Origin: Clostridia bacterium
Lineage (GTDB): Bacteria; Bacillota; Clostridia; Oscillospirales; Acutalibacteraceae
Assembly (NCBI GenBank): GCA_017436225.1
Contig: JAFSDM010000042.1
Span: forward strand, 38,346 to 102,345
Direction of reading: 5' to 3'
DNA: 64,000 nucleotides
Part shown: positions 38,989 through 48,014 of the stretch, piece after piece
Position numbering within the stretch: the stretch's first letter is position 1
How the letters are laid out: each line of letters starts with the position of its first letter
Translations under genes and position numbers: made by a program
Notes under the pieces: generated by a model
What the model was told of the DNA's origin: nothing
What the model saw: the letters and a program-made list of their open reading frames with translations, nothing else
Database searches by the model: none

Positions 38989-40344
38989 ATGAAAATAATT
39001 ATTGTAGGCGGCGGAAAAACAGGCGCAAGCCTTACCGCTTCCCTTACAGCCGAAGACCACGACGTTACCGTTGTGGATTATAATGCAAACCGTTTAAGCG
39101 AAATATGTAATCAAAATGACATTATGGGTATTAACGGTGATGGTATGAATTACAGCTCGCTTTTAGAGGCAGGGCTGGAGGATGCTGACGTTTTAATTGC
39201 AACAACAGGCTCCGATGAGCAAAATTTACTTTGTTCTCTTTTTGCTAAGCGAAAGTCTGATTGCTCTACAATTGCGCGTGTTCGCAATCCTATGTACTTA
39301 ACAGAGCTTAATTTTATTAGGCAACAAATCGGGATTTCGCTGATTATAAATCCCGAGCTTGCGGCTGCTACCGAAATTGCAAGAGTTATTCGATTACCAT
39401 CCGCTATTGACGTTAACCCCTTTGCAAAGGGCAAGGTTGAGCTTTTAACCTTTAAAATCACTCCTGACTCATTGCTTAACGGCAAAAATCTTATTTACGT
39501 TCGTAATAAAATAGAAAATGAAGTTCTTTTCTGCTCTATTGAGCGTGATGGAGAGTTTTTCATACCTTCCGGTAACTTTGAGCTTAAGGCGGGCGACAAG
39601 GCATCAATCATAACTCCTTTAAAGAAGGAATTATCCTTTTTTAAAAAAATCGGCATAGGCCCTCGCAGAATAAAAAATGTTTTGATTGCAGGCGGCGGAG
39701 CTATTGCTTATTATCTTGCGCGGCAGTTAATAGAAGCAGGCATTAACGTTAAAATAATTGAAAAAGATGAAGCAAGAGCCAACGAGCTTGCCGAAAGATT
39801 ACCCTCTGCACTTGTTATTTGCGGTGATGCTTCAGACAAAAATCTTCTTAACGAAGAAGGGCTTGCAAGCGTTGGTGCGTTTGTAACCCTTACGGGTATA
39901 GATGAAGAAAACGTTTTGCTTTCACTTTACGCTAAAGAAGTTACAAACGCCAAGGTTATTACAAAAATAGACCGCAACTCCTTTAACGAGCTTATAGGAA
40001 AGCTTGATTTAGATACCGTTATTTACCCTTCCGCTATTACAACCGAGCTTATTTTACAGTATGTTAGAACTAAACAAAATGCTATGGGTAACAACGTAGA
40101 AAATCTTTATAAGCTGGTTGAGGACAAGGTTGAAGCCTTAGAATTTAAAATAGGAGAAAACGCCCCAATTGTAGATATCCCATTACAAAAAATGAATCTT
40201 AAGGACAATCTTATTATCTGCGGAATTTTACACGAAGGTAAATTTATTATCCCCAACGGCGAAAGCACCGTTTCTGTGGGAGACAGAATAATTGTTGTTA
40301 CCAGTCAGAAAAAGCTTAACGATGTAGGAGATATACTAAAGTAA
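38989..40344 (+). CDS. trkA: Trk potassium uptake system, NAD-binding subunit
   Basis: 451 aa. Two RCK/NAD-binding halves (IIIVGGGKTG and VLIAGGGAIA). Confidence 0.9.
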   Translation: MKIIIVGGGKTGASLTASLTAEDHDVTVVDYNANRLSEICNQNDIMGINGDGMNYSSLLEAGLEDADVLIATTGSDEQNLLCSLFAKRKSDCSTIARVRNPMYLTELNFIRQQIGISLIINPELAAATEIARVIRLPSAIDVNPFAKGKVELLTFKITPDSLLNGKNLIYVRNKIENEVLFCSIERDGEFFIPSGNFELKAGDKASIITPLKKELSFFKKIGIGPRRIKNVLIAGGGAIAYYLARQLIEAGINVKIIEKDEARANELAERLPSALVICGDASDKNLLNEEGLASVGAFVTLTGIDEENVLLSLYAKEVTNAKVITKIDRNSFNELIGKLDLDTVIYPSAITTELILQYVRTKQNAMGNNVENLYKLVEDKVEALEFKIGENAPIVDIPLQKMNLKDNLIICGILHEGKFIIPNGESTVSVGDRIIVVTSQKKLNDVGDILK

Positions 40345-40346
40345 TT

Positions 40347-41828
40347 ATGAATTTTTCTATTATTGTTTACATTATTGGCTATGTTCTTAAAATTGAAGGC
40401 TTTTTAATGCTTGTGCCAACCTTTGTGGGCCTTTATTATGGTGAAACCGAATATCTTTCGTTTTTAGCGGTAGCCGTTGGAATAATGGTGCTAGGCCACT
40501 TGCTCTCCTTTAAAAAGCCTAAAAATCAGGTTTTTTACGCCAAGGAAGCCTTTGTTTCGGTTCCGCTTAGTTGGCTTGTGGTGAGTCTTTTTGGCGCACT
40601 GCCGTTTGTTATAAGCGGAGATATTCCGAATTTTATAAACGCCTTTTTTGAAATGGTTTCGGGCTTTACCACAACGGGTTCCAGCATTTTGACTAATGTT
40701 GAAGCTCTCTCCCACGCTTCACTTTTCTGGCGTAGCTTTTCGCACTGGATAGGCGGTATGGGAATACTTGTTTTTATTCTTTCGGTACTGCCCCTTACAA
40801 GCGGCGCTACAATACATCTTATGCGTGCAGAAAGCCCCGGTCCGCAGGTTGACAAGGTTGTTCCTAAAATTAAAGACACTTCTATCATGCTTTACATTAT
40901 TTATACTGCAATGACCGCCTTGGAAATTATACTTCTTATAATAGGTAACATACCTACTTTTGATGCGGTTACGCTTTCTTTAGGTACTGCGGGAACGGGC
41001 GGCTTTGCTGTAAGGAACTCAGGAATTGCAGAGTATTCGCCCTACGTTCAGTATGTTATAGCCATATTTATGATACTTTTTGGTGTTAATTTTAACGTAT
41101 ACGTTTTACTTATAAGAAAGCATTTAAAGCAAGCATTAAGGATGGAAGAAGCACGTTGGTATGTTATTATAATTATTCTTGCGGTAGCGCTTGTAACGGT
41201 GAACACAAAGTACCTATTCCCCACCTTAGAACAAGCCTTCAGGCACGCGCTTTTCCAGGTTAGCTCAATCATAACCACAACTGGATTTTCCACATATGAT
41301 TTTAGTGTCTACTACCCCGTATTTTCGCAAACTATACTCGTTTTGCTTATGTTTTGCGGTGCCTGTGCAGGAAGCACGGGCGGCGGTATTAAGGTTTCAA
41401 GAATAGCTGTAATGGTTAAAACTATTAAAGATGAGCTTTCTAAAATTATTCATCCGCGCGCCGTTAAAAAGGTACGCTTAGAAAACAAGGTGATAAGCTC
41501 AAGCGTTGTTAATTCAATTTTCACCTTCCTTATGGGCTATTTTGCAATATTTATTGTGTCGCTGCTAATTGTTTCGTTGGATAATTTTGATTTTGCAACC
41601 AATTTTTCTGCAACTGCTGCAACAATTAACAACATAGGCCCCGGTATAAGTCTGGTTGGACCATATGAAAATTTCTCGCAGTTTTCTGACCTTTCTAAGC
41701 TTGTTTTCTGCTTTAATATGATAGCAGGTCGTTTAGAAATACTACCTATGCTTGTTTTAATAAACCCTAAAACCTGGAGCCTTTCCTTTAAATTCAAACA
41801 AAAAAGACAAACAAAAAAGTCTGTGTAG
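40347..41828 (+). CDS. trkH: TrkH-family potassium transporter
   Basis: 493 aa, polytopic. TTTGF/TAGTGGF selectivity-filter-like motifs. Confidence 0.9.
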   Translation: MNFSIIVYIIGYVLKIEGFLMLVPTFVGLYYGETEYLSFLAVAVGIMVLGHLLSFKKPKNQVFYAKEAFVSVPLSWLVVSLFGALPFVISGDIPNFINAFFEMVSGFTTTGSSILTNVEALSHASLFWRSFSHWIGGMGILVFILSVLPLTSGATIHLMRAESPGPQVDKVVPKIKDTSIMLYIIYTAMTALEIILLIIGNIPTFDAVTLSLGTAGTGGFAVRNSGIAEYSPYVQYVIAIFMILFGVNFNVYVLLIRKHLKQALRMEEARWYVIIIILAVALVTVNTKYLFPTLEQAFRHALFQVSSIITTTGFSTYDFSVYYPVFSQTILVLLMFCGACAGSTGGGIKVSRIAVMVKTIKDELSKIIHPRAVKKVRLENKVISSSVVNSIFTFLMGYFAIFIVSLLIVSLDNFDFATNFSATAATINNIGPGISLVGPYENFSQFSDLSKLVFCFNMIAGRLEILPMLVLINPKTWSLSFKFKQKRQTKKSV

Positions 41829-41835
41829 AAATTAT

Positions 41836-41878
41836 AAACCGCCCCAATTTGTGCTGTCCGCACAAATTGGGGCGGTTT
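41836..41878 (+). terminator. long hairpin after trkH
   Basis: 19-bp stem AAACCGCCCCAATTTGTGC / GCACAAATTGGGGCGGTTT with a 5-nt loop. The T-tail is weak. Confidence 0.65.
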
Positions 41879-41984
41879 ATGGGTCAAGCCTTTTTCGTTT
41901 TTTAGTTTAATTTTTTTAAAAAGGTTTACTTTTAAATTTTGTATGTTATAATAAACCTAACATAAAAAGCAAAGGGTGAGCTTT

Positions 41985-43265
41985 ATGAAGCAAATCAACT
42001 ATACTAAATCTATTCCCGTCAAAAAACAATATGATATAATCGTTTGCGGTGGCGGTGTTGCAGGTGTTGCTGCGGCAGTTAGTGCTGCAAAAAACGGATT
42101 TTCTACCCTTCTTTTAGAAAAAAGCAACATTCTTGGTGGTCTTGGTACTTTAGGACTTATAAATTTATTTGTTCCCATGTGCAATGGTCGCGGAAAACAG
42201 ATAATTTTTGGTCTTGCAGAAAAATGGCTTCGTTTAAGCGCTACTCTTGGTTGGGACACCATTCCCGATGAATGGAAAGACGGCGAACCAAAAGAGCCAA
42301 CAAGCGTTAGATATACACAGCGCTACTCACCTTCAATTTTTGCTTACCAATTAACCGAAGAATTAACCAAAAGCGGTGCGGACATTCTTTTTGACTGTAT
42401 GGCGGTTGATCCCATTATGGAAGGTAATGTTTGTAAAGGTGTAATTACCGAAAGTAAAGGCGGCACCGCATTTTATCCTTGTCGTGTTTTGATTGACACC
42501 ACCGGCGACTGTGATATTTTACGCCGTGCAGGTATACCAACTGTAAGCGGCGAAAACTTCTTCACATTCATTACAAAAATGGTTACGCTTGATGGCTGTA
42601 AACGCGCTATTGAAGCAAATGATATTGCTAAAATTTATAGTAATTTCGGTGGCGGAAACATCAACTTGTACGGCACAAATCAACCAAGCGATGTTCCACG
42701 TTGGTCGGGTCTTAGTGCTGAGGAGGTTACAGACTATATAGTACGTAACCATCTTCTAATTCTTGAAAAATTAAAAGCTAGTGCTAGAAACACAAGAGAA
42801 ATCGTTACAAGCCCAGGTATGCCACAATTCCGTACAACAGCACATATAAAAGGTGATTATTCGTTTAAATTTACCGATGCCTACTGTCATTTTGAGGATT
42901 CAGTTTGTGCAATAAACGATTTTGAAAACCGCGATTATCTTTTCGAAGTTCCTCTTCGCACTTTAACCCGTCGTGATTATCCAAATATCATTACTGCCGG
43001 CAGAAGCGCCGATGCAACAGGTTACGGTTGGGATGTTTTACGCGTTATCCCTCCTGCAATACTCACAGGTCAAGCAGCCGGTGAAGCCGCTTGTCTTGCA
43101 ATAAAAACTAACACCGCAATTGCCGACGTTGATATTAAAAGTTTACAAGCAAAGCTTGAAAAAGAAAACGTAATGATACACTTCCCCGATTCTTACGTTC
43201 CCGAAGATAAAGAAATATCAGTTCACGGAAAAAACTCTGCCGAAATTGATGGTGGACATATGTAA
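41985..43265 (+). CDS. FAD-dependent oxidoreductase
   Basis: DIIVCGGGVAGVAAAVSAAKNG dinucleotide-binding motif. ATG at 41985 is preceded by AAAGGG. Confidence 0.75.
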   Translation: MKQINYTKSIPVKKQYDIIVCGGGVAGVAAAVSAAKNGFSTLLLEKSNILGGLGTLGLINLFVPMCNGRGKQIIFGLAEKWLRLSATLGWDTIPDEWKDGEPKEPTSVRYTQRYSPSIFAYQLTEELTKSGADILFDCMAVDPIMEGNVCKGVITESKGGTAFYPCRVLIDTTGDCDILRRAGIPTVSGENFFTFITKMVTLDGCKRAIEANDIAKIYSNFGGGNINLYGTNQPSDVPRWSGLSAEEVTDYIVRNHLLILEKLKASARNTREIVTSPGMPQFRTTAHIKGDYSFKFTDAYCHFEDSVCAINDFENRDYLFEVPLRTLTRRDYPNIITAGRSADATGYGWDVLRVIPPAILTGQAAGEAACLAIKTNTAIADVDIKSLQAKLEKENVMIHFPDSYVPEDKEISVHGKNSAEIDGGHM

Positions 43266-43271
43266 TAACGC

Positions 43272-43298
43272 AAAAAGGCTGCTATGCAGCCTTTTTTT
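43272..43298. terminator. bidirectional intrinsic terminator
   Basis: Stem AGGCTGC / GCAGCCT flanked by A5 and T7. Confidence 0.8.
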
Positions 43299-43303
43299 AT
43301 TGC

Positions 43304-43633
43304 TTAAAATATTCCTTTGTTGTATTTAATCGTTGCACGAAAAGCAATTATAAGTCCAACTATAAGACTAACAATCATAATCGCCGTACCCACCAAAATG
43401 AAAATATCGTTTTTGGTATATAAAGTTGCGGCAGACAAACCGCTAAACACGATTATGCCGCTACCAATAATAATCATACCAAGCCCCACCCTTTTACCAA
43501 AGGGAATTCTATCCTCTTCCGACACACGATTTCTATGATAGGAATGTAGCGAAGAAATATTTCCGCGCATATTTGAAATTCCAATAACGATGAACAAAAT
43601 GCCTACTAGCAAAGTAATAACAGGGCTTTCCAT
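43304..43633 (-). CDS. small membrane protein (three TM segments), unknown function
   Basis: 109 aa, hydrophobic. Confidence 0.5.
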   Translation of the reverse strand: MESPVITLLVGILFIVIGISNMRGNISSLHSYHRNRVSEEDRIPFGKRVGLGMIIIGSGIIVFSGLSAATLYTKNDIFILVGTAIMIVSLIVGLIIAFRATIKYNKGIF

Positions 43634-43657
43634 AACTTGTCCCCCTTTGTTTAAGTT

Positions 43658-44605
43658 TTAATAAAAGGTGGCAACTTCTTGCTCGGGAAGAGAGGTTCTG
43701 GCAATATCTTTAAGGTATAAAACGGGTCCCTGTCTGCCATAGAGCTTATTAAATTCTACTCTGATTTCGGCGGTAACGATAGCCCAATCACGACTTGTAT
43801 ACTGCGATATTGCGTTTTCGTTACCCAAAAGCAAAAATCCCGCAAATGTAATATCGTCAACACAGCAGGTCATTATATGTCTGCCAATAACAAGCTGATT
43901 TGCGGCTAACTGATGGTTTTTAGCCACAACACACTTGAATTTTACCGTTTTACCGTTATAAAAATCTAAATTTTCTGAAACATCACGGTAAAAATATGCG
44001 TAATCCTTATCCTTTACTGCAACAATATCAGCATCGCGGTCAAAGGGAAGCGGGTCTTCAATATCATCGTACTCAACATCACCGTTTGGGAATTCATAAG
44101 CGATTTCTGCCCTAGTATTAACGCCGCGAACAATTTTGTGAAGCTCCATTTTATCAATATCACGGTTATAGCGGTTAAAAACAACAAGCTCACAGTTTTG
44201 AAGCTTATCTACAACCAAATTTCGCATATTACTATTGTAGCTTATAATTGTGTTGGCATCGGCAAACATAAACTCCTGCGCTATTACCCAATTATCAGGC
44301 AGGGCGTTTATAAGACTTGCAAGCTGCCACATACCGTTGTATTCCACAAGCACCCTTTTTGCAGAGTGCTTTTTAAGCAAGCTTTTAAGAAGGGCAGGGT
44401 TTAAATCTTCTTCGTTTTCAATGGTTTCAATATACACCTTGCTTGAAGAAAATTTGCTCTCATCGTATTCTTCAATTCCTTCTTCACAAAGCAAAATGAG
44501 GGTCTTTTCACCGTTATTAAAGCGAATATCTTCCATGGTTTCTTGAACAAACTTGGTTTTTCCCGCCTCTAAAAAACCGGTAAAAAGGTAAACAGGTATT
44601 TGCAT
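43658..44605 (-). CDS. G3E/CobW-like GTPase paralogue lacking the CxCC motif
   Basis: 315 aa. N-terminal GFLEAGKT P-loop. Directly downstream of the COG0523 gene. Confidence 0.65.
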   Translation of the reverse strand: MQIPVYLFTGFLEAGKTKFVQETMEDIRFNNGEKTLILLCEEGIEEYDESKFSSSKVYIETIENEEDLNPALLKSLLKKHSAKRVLVEYNGMWQLASLINALPDNWVIAQEFMFADANTIISYNSNMRNLVVDKLQNCELVVFNRYNRDIDKMELHKIVRGVNTRAEIAYEFPNGDVEYDDIEDPLPFDRDADIVAVKDKDYAYFYRDVSENLDFYNGKTVKFKCVVAKNHQLAANQLVIGRHIMTCCVDDITFAGFLLLGNENAISQYTSRDWAIVTAEIRVEFNKLYGRQGPVLYLKDIARTSLPEQEVATFY

Positions 44606-44611
44606 AACGAA

Positions 44612-45727
44612 TTAATCCTCCAAATAGAAAAGAGCTTCCAATGCGTTTTCATCAATATCGGCGCCAATTACACAAACTCTGCCAATAACCGCAGGCGCAC
44701 CGCTTCTTACATCTGCCTGACCGGGTACATAATCAAAATAAATCCATTCGCCCTCGCCCTTAACATAGCCCTTGGCGCGAAGAACAGAGCCGTACTCACC
44801 ATCATCAATTGAACTTAAAATGGCTTCAATCTGCTCCCTTGTGAAGGAAGTAGTGATTTCCTTACCCCAGCTTGCAAACACCTCATCGGCGTGGTGATGG
44901 TCGTGGCAACCACAATTACATTCCTCGCCGTGGTCGTGGTGATGATGCTCGTGATGGTTATGATGACAACCGCAATCGCACTCTTCGGAATGTTCGTGAT
45001 GGTGATGGTGTTCGTGATTATGGTTGTGGTCGTGGCAACCGCAAGTACATTCTTCACCGTGCTCGTGATGATGCTCGTGGTGGTGATGCTCGTGGTGCTC
45101 CTGCTCCAGCTCACTTTTTAAAGAGTCTATACTTTCGCTTTGCTCCATAGCGTTTAAAATATCAAGTCCGCTAAGCTGATCTATAGGGGTTGTAATAATA
45201 GTTGCTTTTTTGTTTTTATCACGTATGATTTCGGTGGCTGCGGCTACCTTTGTAGCATCTGCAATATCGGTACGGCTAAGCACTATGCAATCGGCATGCT
45301 CAATTTGATTGCCGAAAAACTCGCCGAAATTTTTCATATACATTTTGCATTTAACGGCATCTACAACGGCGGTTGCGCTATTTAAAACAACCTCTTCGCT
45401 TAAAACGCCGCTCACCGCTTTGACAACATCGCTAAGCTTACCAACGCCCGATGGCTCAATTATAATTCTGTCGGGCTTAAAACGTGTTAAAACTTCCTTT
45501 AAGGAAGCATCAAAATCGCCAACAAGACTGCAACAAATACAACCTGAATTCATTTCCTTAATTTCAATACCTGCATCCTTTAAAAAGCCGCCGTCAATAC
45601 CTATTTCGCCAAATTCGTTTTCAATAAGTACAAGATTTTCACCCGCGTAGGCTTCCTTAATAAGTTTTTTAATAAGGGTGGTTTTTCCGGCACCTAAAAA
45701 GCCTGAAAAAATATCTATTTTGGTCAT
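44612..45727 (-). CDS. COG0523/CobW-family metallochaperone GTPase with a His/Cys-rich insert
   Basis: GFLGAGKTT P-loop and GCICCS (CxCC) motif. The insert has three HEHxxEEC(T/D/N)CGCH modules and long His runs. Confidence 0.85.
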   Translation of the reverse strand: MTKIDIFSGFLGAGKTTLIKKLIKEAYAGENLVLIENEFGEIGIDGGFLKDAGIEIKEMNSGCICCSLVGDFDASLKEVLTRFKPDRIIIEPSGVGKLSDVVKAVSGVLSEEVVLNSATAVVDAVKCKMYMKNFGEFFGNQIEHADCIVLSRTDIADATKVAAATEIIRDKNKKATIITTPIDQLSGLDILNAMEQSESIDSLKSELEQEHHEHHHHEHHHEHGEECTCGCHDHNHNHEHHHHHEHSEECDCGCHHNHHEHHHHDHGEECNCGCHDHHHADEVFASWGKEITTSFTREQIEAILSSIDDGEYGSVLRAKGYVKGEGEWIYFDYVPGQADVRSGAPAVIGRVCVIGADIDENALEALFYLED

Positions 45728-45753
45728 TTAATATCCTTCTTTCAAAAAGTTAC

Positions 45754-45789
45754 TAATAATTATTATACCAAATATTTTTATATTTTCAA
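45754..45789 (-). promoter_or_regulatory. promoter with overlapping palindromic operator candidate for the metallochaperone operon
   Basis: Minus strand: TTGAAA (45784-45789), 16 nt spacer, TGG-TATAAT (45762-45767). The 12-bp palindrome TAATAATTATTA (45754-45765) overlaps the -10. Confidence 0.5.
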
Positions 45790-45840
45790 GTGGCATAGGA
45801 CCTGCTTTTTTAGCAGAAGCTTTAAAGCGAATAATCGCGC

Positions 45841-46233
45841 AAAAAACCGCCCTGCCAACGCTCGACAGGGCGGAATCAAATAATCTTATTTTTCATAGCC
45901 TCATATTATTTACGGCTTTTAAGCCAATTTTTAATTTACTTTAATAGCCTACTTTAAATTTAGCTAACTTAACATTAGCCTTATTTCTTAGTACATTGGA
46001 CTCACCCTTCTTTAAGATTCTTTATACTGCCCAAGCGGCATATTAATTGAAATCTTAAAAGCAATTATGAGTTTTTTCATAAGAATCTCCTACCTTGGGT
46101 TTTATGCGTTTTACCCAAGCCCTTGTAGGCAACCCTATCTAGGTAAAACGGCTGAGTACCATGGTTCATTGTTCATTGGATTCAGCCCCTTTCGTAAATT
46201 TTGGTTTGCTTTTTATTTATCCTTCCTTTTTCT
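45841..46233 (-). ncRNA. orphan ~390-nt transcription unit (candidate structured ncRNA and/or micro-ORF transcript); family not identified
   Basis: Bounded by a consensus promoter and a strong terminator (CCGCCCTG...CAGGGCGG plus T6). No ORF above 22 codons. Several internal stems. Confidence 0.35.
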
Positions 46234-46239
46234 GTCTTT

Positions 46240-46268
46240 ATTATAGCAAGAGTATAACCATTTGTCAA
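46240..46268 (-). promoter_or_regulatory. perfect consensus sigma-A promoter driving the orphan transcript
   Basis: Minus strand: TTGACA (46263-46268), 17 nt spacer, TATAAT (46240-46245). Confidence 0.6.
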
Positions 46269-46347
46269 GTGCTTTTTGTAAAAAATTTCAATTTTTTTAT
46301 AATTTGTTGATAACTTTTGTTAAAATTAAATAAATAGGTTGTTTTTG

Positions 46348-46376
46348 TTGACTTATTAAATTATTCGTGATATAAT
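46348..46376 (+). promoter_or_regulatory. near-consensus sigma-A promoter for scfA-scfB
   Basis: TTGACT (46348-46353), 17 nt spacer, TATAAT (46371-46376). Confidence 0.6.
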
Positions 46377-46408
46377 AATATATATTCATTGCAATGGAGG
46401 TTAATGTT

Positions 46409-46561
46409 ATGAAGCATATTAAAACAATTGAAACTCGTAATCTTTGTGACAGTGCAAAAAACGGCGGTTGCGGCGAATGTCAGACTTCTTGTCAGTCTGC
46501 TTGCAAAACCAGCTGCGGCATTGCTAATCAACAGTGCGAAAACACCGAAGAGAGCAAATAA
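46409..46561 (+). CDS. scfA: SCIFF (six-cysteines-in-forty-five) ranthipeptide precursor (50 aa; below the ORF-track cutoff)
   Basis: Manual translation gives MKHIKTIETRNLCDSAKNGGCGECQTSCQSACKTSCGIANQQCENTEESK, which carries the GGCGECQTSCQSACKTSC signature. RBS GGAGG. Confidence 0.9.
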   Translation: MKHIKTIETRNLCDSAKNGGCGECQTSCQSACKTSCGIANQQCENTEESK

Positions 46562-46578
46562 TTGAATTTTTTAAAATT

Positions 46579-46601
46579 AGCCGCTCTAAGCGGCTTTTTT
46601 T
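46579..46601 (+). terminator. intrinsic terminator/attenuator between scfA and scfB
   Basis: Stem AGCCGC / GCGGCT with a 5-nt loop, followed by T7. Confidence 0.7.
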
Positions 46602-46633
46602 ATGATATATTACTTTTTATTGGGTGATTTTTT

Positions 46634-48013
46634 ATGATACATCAGTACAAGCTGGGCGGATACAATATTGTTTTGGATATTTGTTCGGGCTCGGTTCACG
46701 CGGTAGATGATATTGCCTATGATATTATTGAAATATTTGAAGATAAGTCTCAAGGCGAGGTTATTAATGCCATAAGCCAAAAGCATCTTGGAAAAAACGG
46801 CGTTACGGCAGAAGATATTGCAGAATGTTATGACCAGATTTTAGAGCTTAAAAATTCGGGTAAGCTTTTTGCACCCGACACCTTTGAGCCTATGGCAGGC
46901 ACCTTAAAGCAAAAAACCTCAGGTGTTGTTAAGGCTCTTTGTCTGCATATTGCCCACACCTGTAACCTTAATTGCGAATACTGCTTTGCAAGTCAAGGTA
47001 AATACCAAGGCGAGCGTGCGGTAATGAGTTTTGAAGTTGGTAAACGCGCTTTAGATTGGCTTATAGAAAACTCGGGCTCTCGCCACAATTTAGAGGTTGA
47101 CTTCTTTGGCGGCGAGCCACTTATGAATTTTGAAGTTGTAAAACAGCTTGTTGCCTACGCCAGAAGCATTGAAAAAGAAAAGGGCAAAAACTTCCGCTTT
47201 ACCCTTACCACAAACGGTCTTTTGATTGATGATGACGTTATAGATTTTGCAAACAAAGAAATGAGCAACGTTGTGCTCAGTCTTGACGGCAGAAAAGAAA
47301 TTCACGATAAATACAGGGTGGATTATAACGGCAACGGAAGCTTTGACAAAATCGTTCCGAAATTCCAAAAGCTTGTTAATGCAAGAGGCGGTAAAAACTA
47401 TTATATGCGCGGCACCTTTACACACCAAAATCCCGACTTTTTAAAGGATATTGAAGCTATGCTTGACCTAGGCTTTACCGAGCTTAGTATGGAGCCTGTT
47501 GTGTGCGCTAAGGGCGATCCCGCCGAGCTTACAGCTGAAGACATAACCATTGTTATGGAGCAGTATGAAAAGCTAGCCGAGCTTATGCTTAAAAGAGATA
47601 AGGAAAAAAGGCCCTTTACCTTCTACCACTATATGATAGATTTAACGGGCGGACCCTGTATTTACAAGCGTATTTCGGGTTGTGGCTCGGGCACCGAATA
47701 TATGGCGGTTACCCCTTGGGGCGACCTTTACCCCTGTCACCAATTTGTTGGTGATGAAGCCTTTAAGCTTGGCGATATTTGGAACGGCGTTACCAATAAA
47801 GAAACGCAAAATTCCTTTGCCGCTTGTAATGTTTACGCCCGAAAAGAATGTAAGGATTGCTGGGCAAGGCTTTACTGCTCGGGCGGTTGCGCCGCAAACG
47901 CTTACCACGCTACCGGCGAAATAACAGGCATTTATAAAGATGGCTGTGAGCTATTTAAAAAACGTATGGAGTGTGCAATAATGGTACAAATTGCACGTGC
48001 ATTTGGTGACTAA
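46634..48013 (+). CDS. scfB: SCIFF radical SAM/SPASM maturase (thioether-forming)
   Basis: 459 aa. CNLNCEYC radical SAM motif and C-terminal SPASM cysteines. Immediately follows the SCIFF precursor. Confidence 0.9.
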   Translation: MIHQYKLGGYNIVLDICSGSVHAVDDIAYDIIEIFEDKSQGEVINAISQKHLGKNGVTAEDIAECYDQILELKNSGKLFAPDTFEPMAGTLKQKTSGVVKALCLHIAHTCNLNCEYCFASQGKYQGERAVMSFEVGKRALDWLIENSGSRHNLEVDFFGGEPLMNFEVVKQLVAYARSIEKEKGKNFRFTLTTNGLLIDDDVIDFANKEMSNVVLSLDGRKEIHDKYRVDYNGNGSFDKIVPKFQKLVNARGGKNYYMRGTFTHQNPDFLKDIEAMLDLGFTELSMEPVVCAKGDPAELTAEDITIVMEQYEKLAELMLKRDKEKRPFTFYHYMIDLTGGPCIYKRISGCGSGTEYMAVTPWGDLYPCHQFVGDEAFKLGDIWNGVTNKETQNSFAACNVYARKECKDCWARLYCSGGCAANAYHATGEITGIYKDGCELFKKRMECAIMVQIARAFGD

Positions 48014-48014
48014 A

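Noticed and set aside
44815-45150. Three overlapping ORFs (99, 92 and 76 aa) on both strands across the His-rich region.
   Set aside because: They are artefacts of the CAC/CAT/GAA repeat composition of the metallochaperone insert. The COG0523 frame is the only one with flanking conserved domains.
45841-46233. Whether the orphan transcript is tmRNA, RNase P RNA, SRP RNA, 6S RNA, a T-box, or a cobalamin/other riboswitch.
   Set aside because: None of the signature elements is present: no tRNA-like 3' end with TTCGA...CCA, no GAGGAAAGTCC P4 element, no SRP domain IV motif, no T-box GGTGGTACCGCG, and no B12 box. It is therefore kept as an unassigned candidate, not called as any of these.
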